From an uncultured virus (IMG/VR IMGVR_UViG_3300028591_000016) (Duplodnaviria > Heunggongvirae > Uroviricota > Caudoviricetes): a stretch of 64,000 nucleotides of DNA. Every line of letters starts with the position of its first letter. The first letter of the stretch is position 1. The stretch is from the IMG/VR virus record IMGVR_UViG_3300028591_000016; one strand, given 5' to 3'. The notes below the pieces were generated by a model. That model was given only the letters and a program-made list of their open reading frames with translations, was not told the origin of the DNA and did no database searches. A program made the position numbers and the translations under genes. Below are positions 19,207 to 28,628 of the stretch, in pieces.

Positions 19207-19640
19207 ACATGGATAAAGAAGCTTTGAAGATCTATTCGTTATTTTTTATAACAGTGATAGGCGTTTTTCTGATAGCTGGTGGTATAGCAACCTTGGTCAC
19301 ATCAGATGATGACAAGCCTGATGATACATGGTCTGACTTCGCGGATAAGTCTAACCAATATACAGACTATATGGTCGAGAAGTATAAAAAATATGATCCG
19401 TCTGTCTACTCCTTTGCTACATCCGCCCGTATCATCTATACATCGGGTGACGAGTTCACTGTGAATGTGAATAAGGAGCCCAGTGTTATCAGATGGTATC
19501 ATCTGTATGCTGATGATAAAGGTATAAGGATTGAGTATCATGTTATGGATTATAGCTTTACGGACAGGGTGCCTTCCATCTATTACATACCGTATGAGTC
19601 TATCATGTCTGTCTATGTGAACAATCTGCCTACTGGATGA
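19203..19640 (+). CDS. membrane-anchored or secreted hypothetical protein
   Basis: N-terminal TM helix. Confidence 0.7.
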   Translation: MNMDKEALKIYSLFFITVIGVFLIAGGIATLVTSDDDKPDDTWSDFADKSNQYTDYMVEKYKKYDPSVYSFATSARIIYTSGDEFTVNVNKEPSVIRWYHLYADDKGIRIEYHVMDYSFTDRVPSIYYIPYESIMSVYVNNLPTG

Positions 19641-19678
19641 TGATAACTTTAAAGAGGTAATATGACATAAAGAATAAT

Positions 19679-19786
19679 ATGGCTATCATATCTCCGGAGA
19701 AGAAGAAGCTGTCTCTTCTCTTCTCCACTATCTCTCTCATCACTGAAGGTATCAAGTATGTCCTCAGGCTGCTTGGCCTGATGTAA
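19679..19786 (+). CDS. 35-aa amphipathic peptide, not in ORF track
   Basis: MAIISPEKKKLSLLFSTISLITEGIKYVLRLLGLM; TTTAAA box ~25 nt upstream. Confidence 0.5.
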   Translation: MAIISPEKKKLSLLFSTISLITEGIKYVLRLLGLM

Positions 19787-19818
19787 ATATAATATATCAT
19801 GTCGGCCTTCTGTATATC

Positions 19819-20301
19819 ATGAAGAGTGATTTCGGAGACGATCTTCTGCCCAAGCGTGCGACTCCAGGTTCTGCCGGTTATGATTTCTATTTCCCTAAGA
19901 ACCATCAGGAGTATATGCCTGTCAATGTGAAAGCGACCAATGAGTATATCTTCATCGACACCGGGATCCACCTGGAGGATGGAGACCTGCAGCCTGATGA
20001 GGTCATGATCCTCTTCCCCAAGTCCGGGATAGGAAAACGTACCGGGTTTTACTTCTCGAATACTCTTGGTGTGATAGACTCGGATTACCGTGACAGCATC
20101 AAGTGTTACTTCAACACGGAGATGGGAATCCTTGACCTGAAGAGAGGCGATGCGTTCATGCAGGGGATCATATTCAAGTTCAGTCTGCTCCCCGGTGACA
20201 AGCCTGTGCTTGAGGAAAGGACTGGAGGATTCGGATCCACTGCCGAGCCTATCGCCGAGAAGAGACGCGGCAGGAAACCTAAGGTGACTGAGGATGAGTG
20301 A
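19819..20301 (+). CDS. dut: trimeric dUTPase
   Basis: Motifs SAGYDF, PKSG, GVIDSDYR, RTGGFGST. Confidence 0.95.
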   Translation: MKSDFGDDLLPKRATPGSAGYDFYFPKNHQEYMPVNVKATNEYIFIDTGIHLEDGDLQPDEVMILFPKSGIGKRTGFYFSNTLGVIDSDYRDSIKCYFNTEMGILDLKRGDAFMQGIIFKFSLLPGDKPVLEERTGGFGSTAEPIAEKRRGRKPKVTEDE

Positions 20302-20530
20302 TGAGCTCTGGTATCCTTATCGCATCCTGATCCCCGATCAGGCTGAGCTTGAGGATACCTATCGTGATCTTCTTACCGGCGGATATAATGTCATAGCATT
20401 GATGTCGCCTGCTGATAAGATGTACTATCTCTATGTATCGAATGAGGATGAGATCGATGGGATAGCCCGTATCCTTGAGGACAATGATGTCAATCATGAG
20501 ATCCAGGAATGGGACATGGAGCCGGAATGA
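20294..20530 (+). CDS. hypothetical acidic protein
   Basis: AGGTGA RBS. Confidence 0.65.
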   Translation: MSDELWYPYRILIPDQAELEDTYRDLLTGGYNVIALMSPADKMYYLYVSNEDEIDGIARILEDNDVNHEIQEWDMEPE

Positions 20531-20955
20531 GCGAACGTTCCCTGTATGATATATGGTGGGGTGCTTACCGGCGTTGTCACGATCCCCGCAGGAAGGACTA
20601 TGCCAAGTATGGCGGCCGCGGTATATCCATGTGCAAGGAGTGGCGGGAGTCCTTCGAGGTCTTCGAACAATGGGCTCTGTCCAACGGATACAGGGATGGA
20701 ATGACCCTTGACAGGGTGTGCAATAACCGCGGATATTCCCCTGGTAACTGCCGGTGGATTACCAGGAGACAGCAGTCCTATAACCGTAGGACGAACAGAT
20801 ATATCACGATAGACGGAAGGACACAGACGCTTGAGCAATGGGCAGCTGAGAAAGGTATCGGGCCAGATGTCATCAAGCACAGGGAGGAGAGAGGATGGAC
20901 GATAGAGGAAGCAATTTTGACCCCGAAGAATTCAAGAAGAAAGGCGGGAAGGTAA
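20527..20955 (+). CDS. HNH-family homing endonuclease
   Basis: YGGRGISMCKEW..F..W..NGY...TLDR..NNRGYSPGNCRW...QSYNRR. Confidence 0.85.
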   Translation: MSERSLYDIWWGAYRRCHDPRRKDYAKYGGRGISMCKEWRESFEVFEQWALSNGYRDGMTLDRVCNNRGYSPGNCRWITRRQQSYNRRTNRYITIDGRTQTLEQWAAEKGIGPDVIKHREERGWTIEEAILTPKNSRRKAGR

Positions 20956-21365
20956 TTCCGTATAAATGTTTCAAGACTCTGTATTTGTCCAATGCGTTGA
21001 CCAAATGCGTTGGTAACCTGAAGAGGAAGGCTACGGATGTCGAAGACATATTAATCCTTAAGAAATTCTTTACGAACACCATATACAGAATCGACGATAT
21101 CCTTGATCTTCAACGCATATTCTATAGATACGGTATCAGCAGTAAAGGCCTCAGCAATGTCTTCACGAAGGATCTCAGTGATATTCTTTCGTATAATAGG
21201 AGGGGGATTATATACACTTTCGAATGTCTTGATGATGATGAGGTCGTCATAGCCCGTATGTATATGCCCATGCGTAACAGGAAGATCCGCGATGGTGATA
21301 AACTGATCGCTGTCGGGAGACTGTATGGACACGATGCATTCTGGGGATCTATCGCTCTCCAGTAA
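20895..21365 (+). CDS. hypothetical protein (start uncertain)
   Basis: Last + strand ORF of the left arm; overlaps HNH gene. Confidence 0.55.
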   Translation: MDDRGSNFDPEEFKKKGGKVIPYKCFKTLYLSNALTKCVGNLKRKATDVEDILILKKFFTNTIYRIDDILDLQRIFYRYGISSKGLSNVFTKDLSDILSYNRRGIIYTFECLDDDEVVIARMYMPMRNRKIRDGDKLIAVGRLYGHDAFWGSIALQ

Positions 21366-21471
21366 TCCGCAGTGTGGGCAACGGGGGGCGGTTGTCGCCG
21401 GGCCTCCAAAATCGCGCGGAAATTTTTTTTTCAAAATAATTTTTTCAGAAATTATTTTCAAAATAATTAAT
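21366..21471. other. convergent-arm junction: GC block then phased T/A tracts; candidate packaging or terminus site
   Basis: Non-coding; TTTTCAAAATAATT occurs twice (21428, 21455). Confidence 0.4.
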
Positions 21472-21475
21472 AGGT

Positions 21476-21495
21476 TAGGGCCCCGAAGGGCCTAA
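21476..21495 (-). terminator. UUCG-tetraloop hairpin ending the capsid transcript
   Basis: Minus strand TTAGGCCC-TTCG-GGGCCCTAA. Confidence 0.65.
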
Positions 21496-21500
21496 GAGAT

Positions 21501-22061
21501 TTACTGCTCGAGCACCAGGAGCACAAGCTCAACATTACCAGTGCTGACTTCCGCCGCATTGGTCGAACAGAGCTTAAGCTTCTGAGTCTTGGGGTCGAAA
21601 GTATACGCCACGACCTTCTCGGACTGTACCCCCAGAACCTCCTTGATGGGGGTGACCCTGGGGTTAGAGATGTCTCTCAGCACGACGCCCCCCTGACTAG
21701 CAGTATATGCCAGATTCATGGGGATTCTCCTGAACTTGAACCAACCCGCAAAATTGAGGAGCTCAGGCACCCCTTCTCCCGCACTCAGAGTGATAGTGAG
21801 TGCGACGGTCTTGGTCGTAGTCCCATCAGAGATCGATACGTTCACTGCTTGAGTAGTGGGTGCAACGATGGCGCTGGCTGCGGTAATTGTGACCTCAGCC
21901 GCAAACTCATCACTGCCCTCTGCCAGCTCATATCCAGTGACGGTCACGCTCTTTCCCTTTGCGGAATACGCAACAGGAATGGAGGTGGCGTTCGTGGCAA
22001 CAGTTCCGGTGTACTCCGCTCCATCAACGGACACAGTGAGTTTTCCGATAGTAACTGCCAT
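21501..22061 (-). CDS. putative capsid decoration or cement protein (Ig-like)
   Basis: Directly after MCP, AGGAGG RBS, beta-rich T/A/V composition. Confidence 0.6.
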   Translation of the reverse strand: MAVTIGKLTVSVDGAEYTGTVATNATSIPVAYSAKGKSVTVTGYELAEGSDEFAAEVTITAASAIVAPTTQAVNVSISDGTTTKTVALTITLSAGEGVPELLNFAGWFKFRRIPMNLAYTASQGGVVLRDISNPRVTPIKEVLGVQSEKVVAYTFDPKTQKLKLCSTNAAEVSTGNVELVLLVLEQ

Positions 22062-22082
22062 CTTTATTCCTCCTAAAGGTTA

Positions 22083-22100
22083 GAGGGCCCGAAGGCCCTC
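22083..22100 (-). terminator. UUCG hairpin after MCP
   Basis: Minus strand GAGGGCC-TTCG-GGCCCTC. Confidence 0.65.
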
Positions 22101-22104
22101 AGGA

Positions 22105-23538
22105 TCAGGCGGATGCTCCCACATTCTTCAGGCGTCCGGAGCTGATGAACTTGTCAGCCCTGAGCTCTGCCCTCATGTGGGTGATGGTGTGCTCCTTGAG
22201 GTCCCTGGTGATTGCAGGGTTCTCGATGGTCCACACCTCAACAGGCGAGGTCATGCACATCCAGACATGCTTGAGGTCCAGAAGGAATGCGTCACCGTAG
22301 ACTGCAGTGTCAACAGTCTTTCCAGTGTAGTTGTAGGTGAGGTTTCCGGACATCATGATCGGGAGGTTCATGTAGGAGCTGAGTGCCATACCGACATCGC
22401 GTCCCTCGTTGGTCTTCATTCCGCCGATGGACATGGTCGTGTACATGGAGTCAACATAGATGTTGTTGGCCTTGCACAGCTGGTTGAGCTTGTTCCACAT
22501 GAGCGGAGACATGACCCACAGCTTGTCAGTGTAGTCACCCTCCCAGTTGGTCAGGCAGTTCATGTACAGATTGTCGAACATTCCGAGAGAAGGCACAGAG
22601 CCCTCTGCGTCCTCGACCTGTGCGTCGTAGTTGTTCCTGACATGGGTGTTGGTTCCGGTCCAAACTCCATTGGAATCGATATCATTATCCGCGAATCCGA
22701 GCTTCCTTCCCTGTCCGCTGTTCATCTGACCCTGGTATCCTCCGGCCATGTCTCCCTCAAGACCTCCCCAGGGGAGGTAGTTGTTGAGGTTGTCTCCGGA
22801 TGCGACCTCAGTACCGCTCGCAAAGATCCTTGCGAGTCCGTTGAGCGAGGTCTCCTGACCCTGATACATGGGCTGGGTCCTCTTGTCCGCCCTGTTCGCG
22901 AAGGCGATGGGCCTGAGGATGGTCTTGTCGGTGAGATCTGCGTAGTTCTTTCCAATCAGGTCGATGTACTGCTTGTAGGAAGCGGTATCATCCTTACCCT
23001 CAAGGGCCTTCAGTCCGAGACCGTAGTCGTAGGGCAGAGGGAGCTCCTTGTAGGGGACCCTGATCATGTCGTAGTCCGTCTTCACAGAGTTGGGAATCTG
23101 TCCATCGGGCACGGTGGCTGCACCGAGTCCCATGAAGGTTCCGTCGGGGTATGCAGTGCTGTCAAATACCCTGGAATTGTTGGGTCCCATGAGGAACTCC
23201 TCTGCGAGTCCGTATGACGCATACTCGGTAACGAGCCTCATTCCCTCCCAGTCGTATGCCCTCTTGGAAAGGCACGAGGAGACCGCTTTAGATGTGAACA
23301 TCGCTGCGGTAACATCCATTCCGAACTTGGGGTTGAAGAAACCTCCGGAGTATCCGGTGTTATTGAGACCGCCGTCAAAGACGGGGGCGCCTGCAGACCT
23401 AGCGAAAGAGCCGTAGAAGGCACCGTAGCCGCCGTCGTAGAAATCATTGATCAGCTGACTGCAACCCTCAGAGGTCGGCTCATAAGTGGTAGTGATCTTT
23501 CCATCACTCCTTCTCTGAAACTGTCCTGTTCCTGCCAT
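22105..23538 (-). CDS. major capsid protein (HK97 fold, archaeal tailed-virus type)
   Basis: Position after protease and scaffold; FNPKFG..V..., LSKRAYDWEGMRLVT, SYMNLPIM, DAFLLDL..V, MRAELRA..F...GRLKN resemble halovirus/magrovirus-like MCPs. Confidence 0.85.
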   Translation of the reverse strand: MAGTGQFQRRSDGKITTTYEPTSEGCSQLINDFYDGGYGAFYGSFARSAGAPVFDGGLNNTGYSGGFFNPKFGMDVTAAMFTSKAVSSCLSKRAYDWEGMRLVTEYASYGLAEEFLMGPNNSRVFDSTAYPDGTFMGLGAATVPDGQIPNSVKTDYDMIRVPYKELPLPYDYGLGLKALEGKDDTASYKQYIDLIGKNYADLTDKTILRPIAFANRADKRTQPMYQGQETSLNGLARIFASGTEVASGDNLNNYLPWGGLEGDMAGGYQGQMNSGQGRKLGFADNDIDSNGVWTGTNTHVRNNYDAQVEDAEGSVPSLGMFDNLYMNCLTNWEGDYTDKLWVMSPLMWNKLNQLCKANNIYVDSMYTTMSIGGMKTNEGRDVGMALSSYMNLPIMMSGNLTYNYTGKTVDTAVYGDAFLLDLKHVWMCMTSPVEVWTIENPAITRDLKEHTITHMRAELRADKFISSGRLKNVGASA

Positions 23539-23589
23539 AGTTGTACACCTTGACTTGACTTTTTATCTATATAGGGATTTAAAAAGGTA

Positions 23590-23607
23590 AGGGCGGGAAA
23601 CCGCCCT
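23590..23607 (-). terminator. stem-loop between scaffold genes and MCP promoter
   Basis: Minus strand AGGGCGG-TTTC-CCGCCCT followed by TACCTTTTT. Confidence 0.6.
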
Positions 23608-23615
23608 AATTGGGG

Positions 23616-23825
23616 TCAGCGGCCCTCCTGACGCTTGGCCATCGCAGAGTCGATGTCGGCCGTGAAGCCGGGGGAAGAGAGTGCCTTCCTTATCTCCTCT
23701 GTGTTGTCCAGCCCCGCGCTTGCACGGTAAGGGGAGTCCTGGTGAAGCACCGGGACCCCCCCCTCCGACTTGCATATCGCGAAGGACTCGTTGAGCGATT
23801 CTATGTGATGTCCGCGAGCGATCAT
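23616..23825 (-). CDS. small scaffold-like protein (69 aa)
   Basis: ATGA-coupled; immediately upstream of MCP; ends ADIDSAMAKRQEGR. Confidence 0.6.
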   Translation of the reverse strand: MIARGHHIESLNESFAICKSEGGVPVLHQDSPYRASAGLDNTEEIRKALSSPGFTADIDSAMAKRQEGR

Positions 23826-26749
23826 GGCTTCTTAGGAGCCTTGATTGCGTCAATCATATTGCCGTACTCCGTGCTCCTATCCTCCTTAGTCGTTGCATTG
23901 TCCAGATTCGTCGTATCATACCCGGCAAGAGCTGCTGCTCTATCTGCGTTCGTAAGCGCGGATGTCAGCTTGTATTTCTTACCCTTGTACGCGTTGCCGT
24001 AGTTGTGGGTTATCATCGAAGCGTCACCCCCAATCGCCTTTGAAGCCCTTGTTCTGGGATCTATGCTTGCGCCGGTCATGATGTTGCTTGCAGCCGAAGT
24101 GATATCCTCAGCATCATTGAGCAACTCCTCAACTGTCTTTTGCGAGGTATCATATCCCTTCATTACATTGGCCTTATACCATTTATCAAGCATATCACTG
24201 AATTCGGGGACGAAACCATAGGGTTTATTGCCCCCGCCTGTGATCAGTCCGCGGATCGGACTGGTGGCGAGGACCACATCCTGGTATCCCGCGCCATCCG
24301 CTCCAAAGATATCAGCCATTTGCGCACTGAGTGCGGCATTGTTCTTGAATGATCCCATGAAGTTCTCCTTAGCCTTATCGATCGCATCGAAATCGAGCTT
24401 GTCTGCGGAGGCTGCCTTCTCCCAAGCGGCAAGTGTGGTATCCATCTTGGATCCCGCAAAGTTAGGGATTGCCCCCTGCAGATGGTTCCTCAGATACGGA
24501 AGACCTGTCTTATTCATAGCGTAGAAGTCATCACCTAACTTGAATGCAGGCGAATAGTATGAGGAGAAGGTACCGGTGAATATATCCTTTGGCATATTCA
24601 GCGACTCACCCTCCGTATACTCCGGAATATATTGGTCCGCCATTATCTTCTGAGGATCATAGGTCTTCCTACCGATCTTGAATGCCTGCGTGGTGGGATC
24701 CATAAGGAACTTCTTCGCCTTGACTAACTGTCTCGCAAACTCATGCTGAAGGTAGGGGTTTGCATCTCCATACATATTGCCCGTGGATGCCATCTGGAGA
24801 GTCGATGGGATGTTGATACCGGTCTTCTCTGACAGTGCCCCCGCAATAAGACGCAGCTTTTCATCTCTCTGAATCTCGTTGAAAAGGTCATCCAGCTTAT
24901 CTCCGTAAGGCATCCAGTCTATCATCCTGGCGGTCGGTTCATATTTTATGAGCTTGTCATACGCATCCAATGCACTATCAAACCCAGCGTCACCGGGGTT
25001 GACACCTATCCGTCTTGCAAAGAGCAGAGGTGCTACATTCCTTAAGATGGTCTCTGAATCGGTTATTGGGTTCGCTCTGGTACCTAACACGCCAGCGGAA
25101 TCCAGCGTTGCATCATCAAGACCGTATGCCTTCAGGAAATTTCTGATATCGTCTCTTGACGCATAGCTCCCCTTATCCATATCATACAGGTCTGCAAGCC
25201 GTGCAAGAATCTGCCACTGTTCCATCTCCTCTCCTCTCTTAGCTGCCTCATTCTGATATGCAAAGAAGTGAGGGATTATGCCCTTGAGGTTATTGACTCT
25301 CGTTTGAGTTGCATCATCTGCTACACCCTTAGCCGCCATCCTGTCCTTATCTGCTGATGCCCTTTGCTTGATCTTCTCCTTTTCGACATCGCCCAGAGAC
25401 AGGACTCTCTCAAAAGGCTCGGTATCGATCGGCTCATAGATCTTGCCTATGTCTATGCCGAATGACTTGAAGAGCGGCTCAGTATACTGTGCGCCTACAT
25501 TATTGTCGCAATATTTGACAATCTCATCGATAACAGGCTCATATGACTTCTCGATAGAGGTAGCGCCACGCTTCTGAAGGGCCCACATCGTCGAAAGGAC
25601 GTCTCCTACACGCATGTTCTTGACCGCATCGAAGGACCCGATCGACTTCTGGATGGTCTGGAACTGATCCCTCGCCATCTCGGTAGCAGACTTGGAAATC
25701 TTGTACCTCTTTCCATCGATTCCGGACTGGGTTCTCATCCTCTCATTCATAAGGTCATCGATGGACTTCTTGATGGGGTTGTCGCAGACCTTGAAGGACT
25801 CGGTGTCGATGTCCTTGTCCTCCGTGAGACCTTTCTCCTTATTATCCGTGATGATATCATCCATCTTTGCCCCGAGGAACAGATTAATCTGGATGTCAGG
25901 TTTCATCTCTTCCTCTGCACTGGCAGAGACGGGGACGGTGGGGTCGTTTGCACCTGGTTCCTCTGCGGCGGCCCCTTCTCCCTCCGCAAAGTTCTCATTT
26001 GCATCGCCTTTGTCACATTTCTCAATCTCGGTGGCCTCGGACCTTGTCAGAGCGTCAAGAAGCACCTCTGGAGATACCTCCTCTTCGCCGACTGCGTCCA
26101 TATCTCCCTCCGTTGCGAGCAGTTCATCTGCAAGAGGGTCACCCTCTCCCTCTCCTGCAAGTGCCTCGACAATTGCTTCCGGAGGGATTTCCTCATCTGG
26201 AACAGGAGCGGCGGCATCTTCTACAGGGTAGTTCTCCTCCACATACTCCTTTATGATGTCTGCAAGCTTCATGATTGCTTTAGGATCGCCTACCTGCACA
26301 AGTGCATCCTGAAGTGCCGCCAGCGTCTCATCTCCTCCGCCCGCGACATTCTCATCCGCGAACAGTCCAGGCATAGGAGGTGCCGCGGGAGGCATAGCGG
26401 CTGGCGCTTCGGGCATCGGGGGCATCGGAGGTTCGGCTCCCATACCCTCATCCATCGGTGCTCCCTCCGGTCCAGGTGGTACGCCCTCACCCTCCATTGG
26501 AGGCATCCCTCCATCCATCGGGGGTGCTCCTCCTGCCTCAGGAGGCATTCCAGGGGGCATTCCTCCGTCCATCGGAGGCGCCGCACCTCCTGCCCCACCC
26601 TCGATCTTCTGTGTAAGCCTTGCCGTATCGGCCTTGACAGAGTTGATCTCTGCCAAAATAGCTTGGAGCATTCCTACAGCAGACGCATCGCCGATATTGG
26701 CACCGTCTGCCTTGGAGAACTGCTCCCACGCAGTATCTTCGTTGGTCAT
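23822..26749 (-). CDS. large scaffold-like or internal head protein (975 aa)
   Basis: Between protease and MCP; Pro/Glu-rich N-terminal third, many hydrophobic-x-K-S sites, globular C-terminal half. Confidence 0.65.
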   Translation of the reverse strand: MTNEDTAWEQFSKADGANIGDASAVGMLQAILAEINSVKADTARLTQKIEGGAGGAAPPMDGGMPPGMPPEAGGAPPMDGGMPPMEGEGVPPGPEGAPMDEGMGAEPPMPPMPEAPAAMPPAAPPMPGLFADENVAGGGDETLAALQDALVQVGDPKAIMKLADIIKEYVEENYPVEDAAAPVPDEEIPPEAIVEALAGEGEGDPLADELLATEGDMDAVGEEEVSPEVLLDALTRSEATEIEKCDKGDANENFAEGEGAAAEEPGANDPTVPVSASAEEEMKPDIQINLFLGAKMDDIITDNKEKGLTEDKDIDTESFKVCDNPIKKSIDDLMNERMRTQSGIDGKRYKISKSATEMARDQFQTIQKSIGSFDAVKNMRVGDVLSTMWALQKRGATSIEKSYEPVIDEIVKYCDNNVGAQYTEPLFKSFGIDIGKIYEPIDTEPFERVLSLGDVEKEKIKQRASADKDRMAAKGVADDATQTRVNNLKGIIPHFFAYQNEAAKRGEEMEQWQILARLADLYDMDKGSYASRDDIRNFLKAYGLDDATLDSAGVLGTRANPITDSETILRNVAPLLFARRIGVNPGDAGFDSALDAYDKLIKYEPTARMIDWMPYGDKLDDLFNEIQRDEKLRLIAGALSEKTGINIPSTLQMASTGNMYGDANPYLQHEFARQLVKAKKFLMDPTTQAFKIGRKTYDPQKIMADQYIPEYTEGESLNMPKDIFTGTFSSYYSPAFKLGDDFYAMNKTGLPYLRNHLQGAIPNFAGSKMDTTLAAWEKAASADKLDFDAIDKAKENFMGSFKNNAALSAQMADIFGADGAGYQDVVLATSPIRGLITGGGNKPYGFVPEFSDMLDKWYKANVMKGYDTSQKTVEELLNDAEDITSAASNIMTGASIDPRTRASKAIGGDASMITHNYGNAYKGKKYKLTSALTNADRAAALAGYDTTNLDNATTKEDRSTEYGNMIDAIKAPKKP

Positions 26750-26807
26750 GGTAATTACCAAACCGATTATTATCTTATGAATATAAAAAGGGAAAGCAGT
26801 TTAGGGG

Positions 26808-27824
26808 TCAGTTCTTAAGGAAACGATATGCTCCGTCACCCGAATCCTCAATCAACCTATTATAATACAGATTGGTGAAAAGCGGCCTTGGAACGGCTTG
26901 AGTCAGGGACCCATCGTCCTTACAGAACCCGTTGGTATGACAGAACTTGAACACCTTCTCAAGATATTGGGGGCGCCTGCATATCCTTGCCGTACCGGTG
27001 TCTGCATCATAATCCGCACACAGACCATTCTCTACCATCTTACTATGATTACGCTGGAAGGACTCGGTGGACATAGGGACGTGGACCCCATCCGCACGGG
27101 CGTGGCAATCCGTGTATCCTATCGCTTCCAAGGACTTCTTCAGAGAAAGGTACGGGCATGTCGTGATATCTCTATGAATCTGGTAGGAATCTATACCCAG
27201 ATTGAGAACAGACTCGGACTTGGTGATGGATGCCTTGTCGTTGTACCACTGCATGGTACAATAAGGGTTCATAGGATTGCTGCAGATCGAGATCTCCATC
27301 AATTGTGCCACATCCCTGCGGGTATAGCATCCGCGCTCATCACACTGGTACTTCCCAGGTGCGGCCTCTCCTGCAATAGAGAGGTTGTTCATCCCGTTGA
27401 CGAAGTTCTTACGCATGTTGTCATAAACAAGGTCTCCGCCGAAGAGGTTACCATATGCCATGATAGCATCCACTCCGTCATCATTCTTAGCAGGCTTCCA
27501 GTCCCAGATGACCCCTACATTGTAGTTGTGATGGTCATTCTGCACATTTCCGCCGTAATCTATGAATGAATCCATGTGCTCCTTGACAGTGTCCAGATCG
27601 ATGATGTCCTTCGCCTTGTCTATCGAGTCGGCAGAGGCGATTATCTCAAAGCTGAAGGATGATGGGAGCTCACGGCATGCCCTCCACGCCTCTTTCTTAG
27701 CCTCCTTCGCCTCATCCTCGGTCTTAGGGTCTACTTTATTGTATGCGTCCATCCAGACCTTGCAGTCCTCCTCATTTAGGGACGCCAAAACCTGCGTAGG
27801 TAACTCAAAGATGGAATTATACAT
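26808..27824 (-). CDS. prohead protease with N-terminal ChaB-like domain
   Basis: MYNSIFELPTQV...KVWMDAYN...AKKEAWRAC (ChaB); ASADSIDKAKD, NVQNDH, LSIAG, LMEISICSNPMNP (HK97-type protease). Confidence 0.85.
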   Translation of the reverse strand: MYNSIFELPTQVLASLNEEDCKVWMDAYNKVDPKTEDEAKEAKKEAWRACRELPSSFSFEIIASADSIDKAKDIIDLDTVKEHMDSFIDYGGNVQNDHHNYNVGVIWDWKPAKNDDGVDAIMAYGNLFGGDLVYDNMRKNFVNGMNNLSIAGEAAPGKYQCDERGCYTRRDVAQLMEISICSNPMNPYCTMQWYNDKASITKSESVLNLGIDSYQIHRDITTCPYLSLKKSLEAIGYTDCHARADGVHVPMSTESFQRNHSKMVENGLCADYDADTGTARICRRPQYLEKVFKFCHTNGFCKDDGSLTQAVPRPLFTNLYYNRLIEDSGDGAYRFLKN

Positions 27825-28257
27825 CCTCCAACCTCCTATAGCGATTCTTCGACCATGTCTTGGTGACCTCTATGCACGGCACCATACTCATGATGTTTAT
27901 CAGGTCCTTCATTGAAAAATCATTGCCCATAGTATCAATCTCATCAAGCGTGATACTGTGGTCTGTAGGCACGGCATTGATCAGGGTATTTATCGAAGTC
28001 TGCGGACAATTGTAATACTGGGACAATAGCCGGATAGTGCACATCTGGGCCTCTGCGGCATCACAGTCCAGTTTGAAATAGGCCATACGCTCCTCCGCAT
28101 CCGCATCCTTCACCACGTGGGGATAACGGAGTTTGGTGATACGCGTCAGAAGCTGTCTCCTGCTAAGACCCAGTTCTCTGCACATATCTATCGAGGAGAC
28201 ATACTCCCCGCGGTCATCCATAAGATACTTCCATATCTGAATGTCTATACGCTTCAT
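27817..28257 (-). CDS. winged-HTH protein
   Basis: IWKYL...YVSSIDMCRELGLSRRQLLTRITKL. Confidence 0.65.
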   Translation of the reverse strand: MKRIDIQIWKYLMDDRGEYVSSIDMCRELGLSRRQLLTRITKLRYPHVVKDADAEERMAYFKLDCDAAEAQMCTIRLLSQYYNCPQTSINTLINAVPTDHSITLDEIDTMGNDFSMKDLINIMSMVPCIEVTKTWSKNRYRRLEDV

Positions 28258-28628
28258 GCCTTATACTCCCTGACCTCGATAATGTCCTTTGCTTTCCCCC
28301 TATAGAGGGGTTGAATCTTCTTATCCGCGAGGATATTCTGTACGTATTCCCTCACGACCTCGTTTGCCAGCTCCCTGGTCACTTCCTCCCAGTCTAAGCC
28401 GATGCCCGCCTTGGAATCGATCACGATGTTGATCTTCTCGTCAGTCAGCGAGGTCTCGCAGGCGTCATTGAAGTCCCACCCTGTGCGATACCGCAGATTG
28501 TGCTCATTTCCATCCAATCTGTCCTGATTCAGCTTCACTTCTGCCCTATTGGATCCGTTTGCGATTATCGCTTTCTCGATCTTTGACATATTGGTGATCT
28601 TCAGCTCAAATCCGGACTCGTCGGTCAT
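28254..28628 (-). CDS. hypothetical protein in head operon
   Basis: ATGA-coupled to portal. Confidence 0.7.
   Translation of the reverse strand: MTDESGFELKITNMSKIEKAIIANGSNRAEVKLNQDRLDGNEHNLRYRTGWDFNDACETSLTDEKINIVIDSKAGIGLDWEEVTRELANEVVREYVQNILADKKIQPLYRGKAKDIIEVREYKA

Noticed and set aside
1151..21461. Numerous long minus-strand ORFs in the left arm
   Set aside because: Antisense shadows of densely packed + strand genes; no RBS and implausible composition
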